Assembly: GCA_963729715.1 (NCBI GenBank)
Contig: CAVSPA010000004.1
Coordinates: forward strand, 224,001-288,000
Origin: an uncultured delta proteobacterium
Lineage (GTDB): Bacteria > Desulfobacterota > Syntrophia > Syntrophales > UBA2185
Reading direction: 5' to 3'
DNA: 64,000 bases
Positions 1 to 10,287 of this stretch are shown in pieces (position 1 is the first letter of the stretch; every line of letters starts with the position of its first letter). The notes under the pieces are model-generated. The model was given only the letters and a program-made list of their open reading frames with translations. It was not told where the DNA came from and searched no databases. Position numbers and translations under genes: made by a program.

Positions 1-682
1 GAAACTTCTCGATAACACAGAAAAGGTCCGTTTTTTTCTCGATCAGGACTCAGCCTTTAGGGCTGCTTGTCTGTCGGCATTTTCCGATAGGATCAGGGAC
101 GGACGCTGCGACGCCTTTTACGTTCGGATCAACGCCGAGGCGACCATTGGCGAAAAGCGCCGGATCCTGGCAGAGAATCGGCGCCGCATGGCAGCAATGA
201 AGCAGTTGCACCCGGACCTGAAGGATTGGCAGGTAAAACTCCTGATGATAAGGGAGAAGATGGCCCAGATGGTTCACATCGGGAAATGGCAGGATCGTTG
301 GGTGGAACACCCGTTCCCAAATATGGGAGAGCCCGAAAAGGCCATGTGCTACCTGACGGATATCCAGGGGTATGACGAGGACCATCTTGCCTGGCTCTAC
401 AACAAGGCAAGCCTCCATGCCATTGACTGCTTCTTCATGCAGGTCCGAAGGAGATTGTCTTTGCTGGAGCGACCGATCAGCAGTTCGGCCAGCCCAGGTC
501 GCCGTTGGTTTGGCTACGGCCCCTACAAACCGGTTATGGTCGGTAAAATACTGGACATCTTTCGTGTCTTCTATAATTTTGTGGAAGTGGGAAAGAACAA
601 ACAAACCCCAGCTATGCGGCTGGGGCTAGCAAAGGGTAAGATAATGGTCGAGGACATTATCTATTATCAGCAGCAAACCTGA
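1..682 (+). CDS. Transposase-like 'insertion element protein', C-terminal part (5' truncated by window edge)
   Basis: The frame of ORF 188..682 is open back to position 2 (KLLDNTEKVRFFLDQDSAF...). The C-terminus FYNF...TPAMRLGLAKG resembles the YNF...TPAM(x)LGL tail of IS1-like DDE transposases. Confidence 0.6.
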   Translation, partial: KLLDNTEKVRFFLDQDSAFRAACLSAFSDRIRDGRCDAFYVRINAEATIGEKRRILAENRRRMAAMKQLHPDLKDWQVKLLMIREKMAQMVHIGKWQDRWVEHPFPNMGEPEKAMCYLTDIQGYDEDHLAWLYNKASLHAIDCFFMQVRRRLSLLERPISSSASPGRRWFGYGPYKPVMVGKILDIFRVFYNFVEVGKNKQTPAMRLGLAKGKIMVEDIIYYQQQT

Positions 683-726
683 CTGCAATTATTCACTATG
701 ACTGCCGGAAAAGATATCTTCTCCAA

Positions 727-763
727 AAAAAGGACTGCCGAATGAGTATCAGCAGTCCTTTTT
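727..763. terminator. Bidirectional rho-independent terminator
   Basis: Inverted repeat aaaaaggactgc (727-738) / gcagtccttttt (752-763), 45 nt after the transposase-like stop. Confidence 0.75.
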
Positions 764-790
764 CACTTTTCTTCAACACGTTAAGCTATC

Positions 791-819
791 GGCTCGCCAG
801 AAATGGTTTTGCCCTTTTT
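791..819 (+). terminator. Imperfect terminator-like hairpin; likely IIC intron target structure
   Basis: ggc-tc-gcca-GAAA-tggt-ttt-gcc followed by cttttt, ending 4 nt before the intron 5' end. Confidence 0.5.
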
Positions 820-823
820 ATTG

Positions 824-2721
<1,898 letters not shown>

Positions 2722-2738
2722 AACCCTTCAATTCGTAA

Positions 2739-4564
2739 GTGTGCCACGAGGCTGCACAAGAGATGAGGGTAGGTCCCTCGAAGCCAGCTTGCAGGAGCGG
2801 GCTGCAAACCACCTTAAGCTGCTGAGGTTAAAAGCCTTGGTGGTGAGCGTTAAGGAAAAGGCAGGGCAATGACCTTGTCAGGTAAGGTTCAGGGAGGCGA
2901 GCGCAAGCAAACTACCTCTGAGGTGTCGAAATGAAAAGGATGATGTCAGAACTGGGGGACTTACGATACTCCAGGATAAGCCCAAAGGGAACCTGTTTAC
3001 TGATTGGGCGGCATCCGGCATAAAGGTAGCGCGAACCTGATCCGGGCTTTTGTGTGGAACGTGGGAACCTGTTGTCCCGATGCTAAGGGAGAAATTCAAG
3101 TGGAGGAAACCACAAGAATGAGAGTACCAATGCGGGACACGGGGGCGGAGCAGCCAGTATTAGGGATGAAGGTTCTGTAATGGAACTGGACTGAAGGGGC
3201 TGCGTTGTTCAGCTTTATTTTCAAGTCAACCAGAAATGGGAGGAGCTTCGTGAATAAAGCAAAGCCGTTTTGTATTTCGAAATGGGAAGTATGGGAAGCC
3301 TACAAACTGGTGAAGGCAAACAAAGGAGCAGCCGGAGTAGACGGGCAATCCATTGCAGAATTTGAAGAGGATGTGAAAGATAACCTTTTTAAGATCTGGA
3401 ATCGGATGTCCTCAGGCAGCTATTTTCCACCACCTGTACGTCGGGTCGATATACCGAAGGACAATGGGAGAACTAGGCCACTGGGAATACCAACAGTGGC
3501 AGACCGCATTGCCCAGACGGTAGTCAAACGATACCTGGAGCCGATCTTGGAAGAATATTTCCATCCGGATTCATATGGGTACCGTCCAGGGAAGTCCGCG
3601 AGAGAGGCCATAGGGGTTGCACGTCAGCGGTGCTGGCGATACGACTGGGTACTTGACCTCGACATCAAACGTTTCTTTGACAATATCGACCATGATCTGT
3701 TGATGCGGGCGGTAAGGAAACATACTGATTGCAAATGGGTGCTTCTGTACATCGAAAGATGACTGAATGCCCCGGCGCAATTGGCAGCCTGATTAATCGG
3801 GATAAAGGGACTCCGCAAGGGGGAGTGGTTAGTCCATTACTTGCGAATCTCTTTTTACATTACGCGTTCGATACGTGGATGAAGAGGCAGTATCCTCAGA
3901 TTGCATTCGAGCGGTATGCCGATGATGGGATATGTCATTGTCGGAGCAAGGCCGAAGCTGAGAGGCTTCGTGTAGCGATTGAAAAGCGTTTTGCTGAATG
4001 TGGGTTGGAGCTTAACTTGCAGAAGACGAAGATTGTTTACTGTAAGGAAGATGATCGGCGAGGAAATTATCCTGAGCAGAAATTTGATTTCCTGGGCTTT
4101 ACATTCCGGCCCCGGAGAGCGAAAAATCGAAAGGGTAAATTATTTGTCGGATTTATGCCTGCAATCAGCAACAAAGCCAAGAAATCGATATGCGATGCTA
4201 TGAGGCAATGGAAAATGCACCGGCAAACAGACAAATCTCTGGATGAGCTGGCTCGAGTGGTCAACCCAGTGTTAAGGGGTTGGATTAACTATTACGGCAG
4301 TTTCTATAAATCAGCTCTTTACCGTGTTTTTCAGCAACTGAACAATATTCTTGTTCGGTGGGCATCCCGGAAATACAAAAGATTGAGGAGGAATAACCAG
4401 AGGGCGAGGCAATGGTTGCAAGGCGTATTTCACAGGCAGCCTAAGCTATTTGCTCATTGGCAACTCTCAAAAGGTAAGGCTGGACAATAGGAGCTGGATG
4501 ACGGGAGACTGTCACGTCCAGTTTTGGGAGAGCGTGAGGGTGAAATCCCCTCGCGCCACTCGAC
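2739..4564 (+). mobile_element. Group IIB intron, bacterial class D-like, with disrupted ORF
   Basis: 5' GTGTG at 2739. Domain V with AGC triad at ~4491-4524 (gagctggatgacgggagactgtcacgtccagttt), then domain VI ending actcgAC at 4564. EBS1 ttacga (2961-2966, in a hairpin loop) is complementary to the 5' exon end tcgtaa (2733-2738). Confidence 0.9.
3250..4490 (+). pseudogene. ltrA: Group II intron RT/maturase pseudogene (RmInt1/class D-like)
   Basis: GTG start after a GGAGGAG RBS; N-terminus KPFCISKWEVWEAYKLVKANKGAAGVDG. TGA at 3760-3762 sits where the conserved W of YIERWL is expected, and a frameshift near 3783-3788 precedes GTPQGG...RYADD in the next frame. Confidence 0.9.
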
Positions 4565-4722
4565 TCGGATAATGTAGACACAAATTATTATAGTAGAATT
4601 ATTCTAATAGAGAGTGCTATCAAAAAAGGAGCATATTGGATTGTCAATTTATGATGAGTACTCATTCACTAACTTGCTTTTTTGAAAAATATATGTTAAT
4701 ATTTTTCAAAGGTTGGAGAGAG

Positions 4723-4755
4723 AGGCCAGAGGTTGAAATCCTCTCGCCCCGACGA
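4723..4755 (+). pseudogene. Degenerate 3' fragment of tRNA-Pro (possible att-site scar)
   Basis: agagg-ttgaaat-cctct-cgccccg-a-cga reads as a 5-bp T stem, 7-nt T loop (TTCAAAT with one change), acceptor 3' strand CGCCCCG, discriminator A and CCA with one change. No matching 5' half upstream. Confidence 0.55.
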
Positions 4756-4883
4756 TTTAAATTAATCGTCTTTCCTGACGACAATCTCTAGCGGTTGAAA
4801 TTATTTCGAGATCTAATTATTAGAGCGCAGGATTGAAAAGAGACTGCCTTTAGAATATATTCTTATTTCATTCTATCCTATCC

Positions 4884-5582
4884 ATGCTGCAAGTAAAACA
4901 ATTACGATATCATCTTGATAACTTAGGTTATCTTCTTTACGGTGAGAAATGTGCCATGGCCGTTGATGGGGGAGCATTTGGCGAGATTTTGTCTTTTGCA
5001 GAGAGCCATCGTCTAAACCTGGTTTTCGTCACAAATACACACGGACACATGGATCATACGAGTGGCAACGCGGCCCTTCTTAAGCAATCAAATGCCCGAC
5101 TCTTGCGCTATGAAGAGATACATGGCAGTGAAATCGAATTGGAAGGCCGGAGAATCAGAATTTATGATACCCCCGGACATACTGTCGACTCTCTCTGTTT
5201 TCATGCTGACAAGGCCTTGATTACGGGAGACACTCTTTTCAATGGCACTATTGGTAATTGCTTCTCAGGAGATTTGAAAGGCTTTTATCGCTCCATAAAA
5301 AAGATCATGTCCCTGCCTGGAAGTACCATTATTTATGCAGGCCATGACTACGTACACGAAGCGATGGGATTTGCAAGGAGACTTGAACCGGATAACGAGT
5401 ATATAGAAGCATTTTCGAAGAATTATCAGCCCGATCATGTTTTTTCCCGATTGACGGACGAGCTTAAAATCAATCCTTACCTTCGTTTCAATGAGCCCGC
5501 TATCATTGATATCTTGAAGAAGAACGGCCTGCCCACGAAGACGGAGTGGCAAAGATGGCAGTCTTTAATGACCATAGATTAG
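4884..5582 (+). CDS. gloB: Metallo-beta-lactamase-fold hydrolase, hydroxyacylglutathione hydrolase (glyoxalase II)-like
   Basis: THGHMDH, TPGHT, TGDTLF, GHDY and C-terminal ELKINPYLR motifs. Confidence 0.8.
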   Translation: MLQVKQLRYHLDNLGYLLYGEKCAMAVDGGAFGEILSFAESHRLNLVFVTNTHGHMDHTSGNAALLKQSNARLLRYEEIHGSEIELEGRRIRIYDTPGHTVDSLCFHADKALITGDTLFNGTIGNCFSGDLKGFYRSIKKIMSLPGSTIIYAGHDYVHEAMGFARRLEPDNEYIEAFSKNYQPDHVFSRLTDELKINPYLRFNEPAIIDILKKNGLPTKTEWQRWQSLMTID

Positions 5583-5612
5583 AGAGATGAGGGGAAGTAA
5601 AGCGTCAAACCG

Positions 5613-6633
5613 CTATTTTGGGTGCAATGTCAGGCGATAGGGCTTTACCATGTTCATGGGATTGTATGTGTTCTTTGACTGTGCGAGATTTAAAAGTTTC
5701 ATATCGCTTTCTTTGTTGATGTACTCACAGCCGGCGAACAGATGTTTGGCACATTCGTTATCGAGGAACTGATATAACCCTTTTATAGATGCATGCGCCT
5801 TTTCAAAATTAAGTACACCCATCGTGTCAGTAAGACGCGAGCTTATTCCGAAGGCACAGAATCTGCCATCTATGCGAATCAGAATCCACTTAACCTCTAA
5901 GGCATCAATGTTCTTAAGGGTATTCATGAAAATCAAACCCTGGATACCCCGTGCGGAAGCACGGGGAGGAAAGGGTTTCCGTTCTTTAGGAATTGAGTAT
6001 CATAAGCATGAAGAAAAGCTCCCAAGCAGTTAGATTTTGAGTTTTAATGCCCCGTGCGGAAGCACGGGGTTCTTTACTGTTGCGATCTTTTCGCAGGCGA
6101 GGCTGCCGCCGTTGTCTACTTCGCATTTTCGTAGTTCACACGACTCCTGCAGGAAATTCAGGCATTGCTCATAGTTACCGCTATCTATCGTTTTTATGTC
6201 CACTTTGTATCTGGTCAAGTACCGCTTGCAAAACTGATGGATCAAATTCCTCTGTTTGCTTTGAGTTGGATGAGAGCCGCTTTAGTATAGATGTAATCAT
6301 CGAATTCTTCCTGTGCGTCGCATTTTAAGAGGAAGTCTTCCGGTACAAACCGGTAAATAGAAAAACCGAGCCTCCTTGAGAGAATGAAAAGGTACTCGGG
6401 GGTAATCTCATCCGCAAGAAATATTGGCATGATGAGATGGTCATCGGCTGGATTGTCAGCTGATTTGTCGCAGATAATTAAAGCGTTATCCTCGATTGCA
6501 CATGGGTTTTCAGTTTTTGATTGCTCTACACAATGAGTGATAAGAGGGAATAGTTGCACAGAGAGTATTGCTGACTTTCGAAAAACCCCTTTAGATTGTT
6601 ATAGTCACTCGTTTCTAATTGCTTAAATTCCAT
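5613..6633 (-). pseudogene. DUF2156 / phosphatidylglycerol lysyltransferase C-terminal-domain (GNAT-like) family pseudogene
   Basis: ATG at 6633 (MEFKQLETSDYNNLKGFF...), in-frame TAG at 6526-6528, frameshifts near 6500 and 6250, and a 150-bp insertion at 5928-6077. The fragments carry family motifs DYIY..AALIQLKAN..NLIHQF and FEKA....GLYQF.....YINKESD......K..YNP. Confidence 0.75.
5928..6077. mobile_element. 150-bp non-autonomous insertion with twin subterminal hairpins (IS200/IS605-type MITE, PATE/REPIN-like)
   Basis: Identical 20-mers ccccgtgcggaagcacgggg at 5947-5966 and 6050-6069. Removing 150 bp rejoins ORFs 6030..6245 and 5613..5936 in frame (CEKIAT|MNTLKNID). Exact ends are uncertain by a few nt. 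Confidence 0.65.
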
Positions 6634-6910
6634 AAAGAGCCTTGACGAAAGGGGAATAAATTTATCCTGCGAGCCTTCTCAAGACGTGAAAATCACAGTT
6701 TATGGTGGCAAAGGAAGATAGGTCTGCCACAGGCGGGAATATAAAAATCCCCGCTCTTCATGCCAAGCGGCATTAACAGGATTCTGGAATCTGCCTCGAA
6801 TGTCCTGAAAAGTCAACAAACGATGCAGGAATTGTGCAAGAAGGATAATGGTGGTTAATTGGCGCAGTTTGTGCAAATCAAATCGGAGAAGATCCAATAA
6901 ATAATAGCCG

Positions 6911-6939
6911 TTGACAATCCCAGATCGAATGAATATATA
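6911..6939 (+). promoter_or_regulatory. sigma70-type promoter for tRNA-Leu/tig operon
   Basis: TTGACA (6911-6916), 17-nt spacer, TATATA (6934-6939), just upstream of the tRNA. Confidence 0.6.
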
Positions 6940-6947
6940 GTCAATGA

Positions 6948-7034
6948 GCGAGAGTGGCGGAACTGGCAGACGCACTGGACTTAGGATCCAGCCCGCCTCA
7001 GCGGATAGGGGTTCAAATCCCCTCTCTCGCACCA
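6948..7034 (+). tRNA. tRNA-Leu(TAG)
   Basis: gcgagag...ctctcgc-a-cca; anticodon arm ctgga-ctTAGga-tccag; long variable arm; GGTTCAAATCC. Confidence 0.97.
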
Positions 7035-7077
7035 GATTAGGAGTTAGATTCATAAATATCGAGGGGTTAAGAACGCT

Positions 7078-8382
7078 GTGTTAGAGAGTGCTATCGCCGT
7101 AAGTGTCGAAGACGTCAGTCCGATAAAAAAGAAAATATTATTTGATATTTCATGGTTAGAGGTCAAGAAGGAATTAGACACAGTCTACAAAGACGTGGCT
7201 AAGAAAGCCAAGATTAAGGGCTTTCGACAGGGGAAAGTGCCGAGGAATATTATCGAGTCCTTGTACAAAGAGCATGCAGAAGAAGAAGCCATATCGAATC
7301 TGGTAAATAGATATTATTGGGAAGCTTTAAAAGAAAATAGAATAAACGCTATTGGGCAGCCGGACATAGATCAGAAGGGCATAGAATCAGACAAGAATTT
7401 TAGTTTTACAGCCATCGTGGAAGTGGAGCCGGTCATTGACCCGACAGGGTATATTGGCCTCGAGCTTGAAAAAGAGAAGCGCGAAGTTAAGGATTCTGAT
7501 GTCGAAGCAAGACTTGAAGAGATTCGGGACATGTTCAGCACAATGGAAGAGGTACATGTCGATAGGGGGGTATCGGAAGGCGATTTTGTCGTTATCGATT
7601 TCGAGGGTTTTGTCCAAGGGAAACCCGTCAAGGAGATGAAGGCGGAAAATTATCTCCTAGAAATCGGATCCAAGAGATTTATGCCTGGTTTCGAAGAAGA
7701 GCTCATCGGTATGACGAAGGACAAGACGGAACAAATAACAATTAAATTACCCGATGATTATCATGCGAAAAATTTGGCGGGGGAAGAAATCGTATTTTCA
7801 GTAACATTAAAGAATATTAAAGAGAAGAAACTCCCTGAGATAGATGATAAGTTCATTAAAAATTTTGACAAGTATGAAAGCCTGGACGATTTGAAGAAGG
7901 ATATCAGGAAGACACTTGATGAAGAAAATGTGGGCAGGGAAAATTCTGCTTTCAAGAGTCTCATAATAGAAAGACTCCTCGAATGCAATCAGTTTGAGGT
8001 GCCGCAGGCGTTCGTAAATCGTCAGGTCGCTTATATGATCGATGACACACAAAAAAGACTGGCCATGCGTGGCATGAAGCGTGATGAGACACGCGAACGA
8101 TACAAGGAGCTCTACGACCTCTACAAGGATGAGGCCTCAAAAATAGTAAGAACTATCATTCTTCTGAAAAATATAGGCGAGAAGGAGGCCATTAGCGTAT
8201 CTGACCAGGAAATTGAAGATAAGATAAGAGAACTGGCTCAATTGCGAGGAGACAATTACGATTCGTTGAAAGAATCTTTGCAATCGGAAAATATGACGGA
8301 TGACATTAGAAGCGAGATTTTAAACACAAAGATATTTGCATTCATAGAAGACAAAGCTAAAGTCGAGATAGTTAAGAAATAG
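7078..8382 (+). CDS. tig: Trigger factor
   Basis: KGFRQGKVP ribosome-binding motif, FKBP domain (IDFEGF, FMPGFEEELIG), upstream of clpP. Confidence 0.96.
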   Translation: MLESAIAVSVEDVSPIKKKILFDISWLEVKKELDTVYKDVAKKAKIKGFRQGKVPRNIIESLYKEHAEEEAISNLVNRYYWEALKENRINAIGQPDIDQKGIESDKNFSFTAIVEVEPVIDPTGYIGLELEKEKREVKDSDVEARLEEIRDMFSTMEEVHVDRGVSEGDFVVIDFEGFVQGKPVKEMKAENYLLEIGSKRFMPGFEEELIGMTKDKTEQITIKLPDDYHAKNLAGEEIVFSVTLKNIKEKKLPEIDDKFIKNFDKYESLDDLKKDIRKTLDEENVGRENSAFKSLIIERLLECNQFEVPQAFVNRQVAYMIDDTQKRLAMRGMKRDETRERYKELYDLYKDEASKIVRTIILLKNIGEKEAISVSDQEIEDKIRELAQLRGDNYDSLKESLQSENMTDDIRSEILNTKIFAFIEDKAKVEIVKK

Positions 8383-8400
8383 ATTAAGGAAGGGGAGAAA

Positions 8401-8994
8401 ATGCCCTTAATTCCGATGGTAATCGAACAAGATGGAAGAGGCGAAAGAGCCTTTGATATTTATTCAAGGCTCCTGAGAGATAGGATAATTTTTTTGGGCA
8501 CGGCGATTGATGATGATGTCGCAAACCTGATTATTGCCCAGATGCTCTATCTTGAATCTGACGATCCCGATAAGGAAATATTCTTTTATTTGAATTCGCC
8601 CGGAGGCAATGTAAGCTCGGGAATGGCGATATACGATACCATGCGGTATATAAGACCTTCCGTCTGCACGGTTTGCATGGGTCAGGCAGCAAGTATGGGG
8701 GCATTGCTCCTTGCAGCCGGTGAGAAGGGCAGAAGAACGGCCCTTCCGCATTCAAGGATATTGATCCATCAGCCGCTTGGTGGATTCTATGGTCAGGCAA
8801 CCGATATAGATATACAGGCGCGTGAGATCCTGCGTATGAAAGAAGAATTGAATATAATCCTGGCAAGTCTGACGGATCAACCTCTTTCGAAGATACAGAT
8901 GGACACCGAGAGGGATTACTACATGACGTCTGATCAAGCAAAAGAATATGGCATCATCGACGAGATCATCGTAAAAAGGCAGGGCCCGAACTGA
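8401..8994 (+). CDS. clpP: ATP-dependent Clp protease proteolytic subunit
   Basis: DIYSRLL, YLNSPGG, GQAASMG (catalytic Ser), LIHQP. Confidence 0.98.
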   Translation: MPLIPMVIEQDGRGERAFDIYSRLLRDRIIFLGTAIDDDVANLIIAQMLYLESDDPDKEIFFYLNSPGGNVSSGMAIYDTMRYIRPSVCTVCMGQAASMGALLLAAGEKGRRTALPHSRILIHQPLGGFYGQATDIDIQAREILRMKEELNIILASLTDQPLSKIQMDTERDYYMTSDQAKEYGIIDEIIVKRQGPN

Positions 8995-9010
8995 GAAAGA
9001 GGTATTGTAA

Positions 9011-10273
9011 ATGGTGAGAAAGAGCAAAGATAATCAGGGCGGTCAAGGCATCTTATTCTGTTCGTTTTGCGGCAAGAATCAGAACGAGGTAAGAAAGCTA
9101 GTTGCCGGGCCCGCCGCATATATATGCGATGAATGTATCGAACTTTGCCGATGCATAGTTGAAGAGGAATGTGAGCCCACAATTAGCGAGGAATTTCAGA
9201 AGGGCATACCAGAGCCCCGGAATATAAAGAAATTTCTCGATCAATACGTAATAGGACAGGAAAAGCCAAAGAGAGTTCTTTCTGTTGCTGTCTATAATCA
9301 TTACCGCCGGTTGTTCTCGAATGTAGACCTGGACGGAGTGGAAATACAGAAAAGCAATATTTTGTTGATCGGTCCTACGGGATCGGGAAAGACGCTTCTT
9401 GCGAAAACCCTGGCGAAGCTCCTCAACGTCCCGTTTACAATAGCCGATGCGACGACCCTGACAGAGGCGGGATATGTAGGGGAAGATGTGGAAAACATCA
9501 TACTCAGTCTTCTCCAGAATGCCGATTACGACGTGGAAAGGGCATCTAAGGGCATTGTGTATATAGATGAAATTGACAAGATCGCAAAAAAATCGGGAAA
9601 TCCTTCAATTACAAGGGACGTTTCCGGAGAAGGTGTGCAGCAGGCCCTCCTGAAGATAATAGAGGGAACGCTGGCTAATGTTCCTCCGAAAGGAGGGAGA
9701 AAGCACCCTCAACAGGAATTTATTCAAGTTGACACGACGAACATATTATTCATTTGTGGCGGAGCCTTTAATGATCTTGAAGACATCATTTCGAAGAGAC
9801 TCAGCGCGTCAAGCATGGGATTTGGGGCCGATGTTAAGAGCAAACGCAATAAGAAGATAGGCAACCTCTTAGCGGAGGTTCAGCCGGAAGACCTTCTTAA
9901 ATTCGGTATGATTCCGGAATTTATCGGGCGTTTACCGGTGGTTGCCACACTGAACGAGTTGGATCAGGAAGAGTTGGTGAAGATTCTAATCGAACCGAAG
10001 GACGCGATCACAAAACAATACAAAGTATTATTTGATCTCGAAAATGTTAAACTGAAATTTACAGACGGAGCTCTCCGGGCCATAGCCAAGTTATCTGTGG
10101 AAAGGAAGTCAGGCGCACGGGGATTAAGATCGATTTTAGAAAATACCATGCTTGATATCATGTATGACCTACCTTCCAGGAATGATGTAAGGGAATGTGT
10201 AATTACGGAAGATGTCGTCATGAACAAGGAAAAACCAATATTGATTTTTGAAACAAAATCCGAAACCGCATAA
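9011..10273 (+). CDS. clpX: ATP-dependent Clp protease ATPase subunit
   Basis: CSFCGK zinc finger, [34 protein letters not shown]. Confidence 0.98.
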   Translation: MVRKSKDNQGGQGILFCSFCGKNQNEVRKLVAGPAAYICDECIELCRCIVEEECEPTISEEFQKGIPEPRNIKKFLDQYVIGQEKPKRVLSVAVYNHYRRLFSNVDLDGVEIQKSNILLIGPTGSGKTLLAKTLAKLLNVPFTIADATTLTEAGYVGEDVENIILSLLQNADYDVERASKGIVYIDEIDKIAKKSGNPSITRDVSGEGVQQALLKIIEGTLANVPPKGGRKHPQQEFIQVDTTNILFICGGAFNDLEDIISKRLSASSMGFGADVKSKRNKKIGNLLAEVQPEDLLKFGMIPEFIGRLPVVATLNELDQEELVKILIEPKDAITKQYKVLFDLENVKLKFTDGALRAIAKLSVERKSGARGLRSILENTMLDIMYDLPSRNDVRECVITEDVVMNKEKPILIFETKSETA

Positions 10274-10287
10274 AAAGAGAATGAATT

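Noticed and set aside
3760..3762. TGA as selenocysteine or Trp recoding
   Set aside because: A frameshift follows within 30 nt, and TGA is used as a normal stop throughout the window.
4565..4590. dif-like site (cggataatgtagac resembles cgcataatgtatat)
   Set aside because: The XerD arm TTATGTTAAAT is absent.
5947..6069. Two identical 20-nt palindromes as a mini CRISPR array
   Set aside because: Only two copies, an 83-nt spacer, a repeat that is too short and no cas genes. Better explained as the ends of an insertion.
6700..7053. 117-aa minus-strand ORF (and 12921..13226 -)
   Set aside because: Antisense translations across tRNA genes.
4608..7095. 14-bp repeat tagagagtgctatc at 4608 and 7082, CIRCE-like half-site
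   Set aside because: No TTAGCACTC left arm at either copy, and several 14-mer matches are expected by chance in 64 kb.
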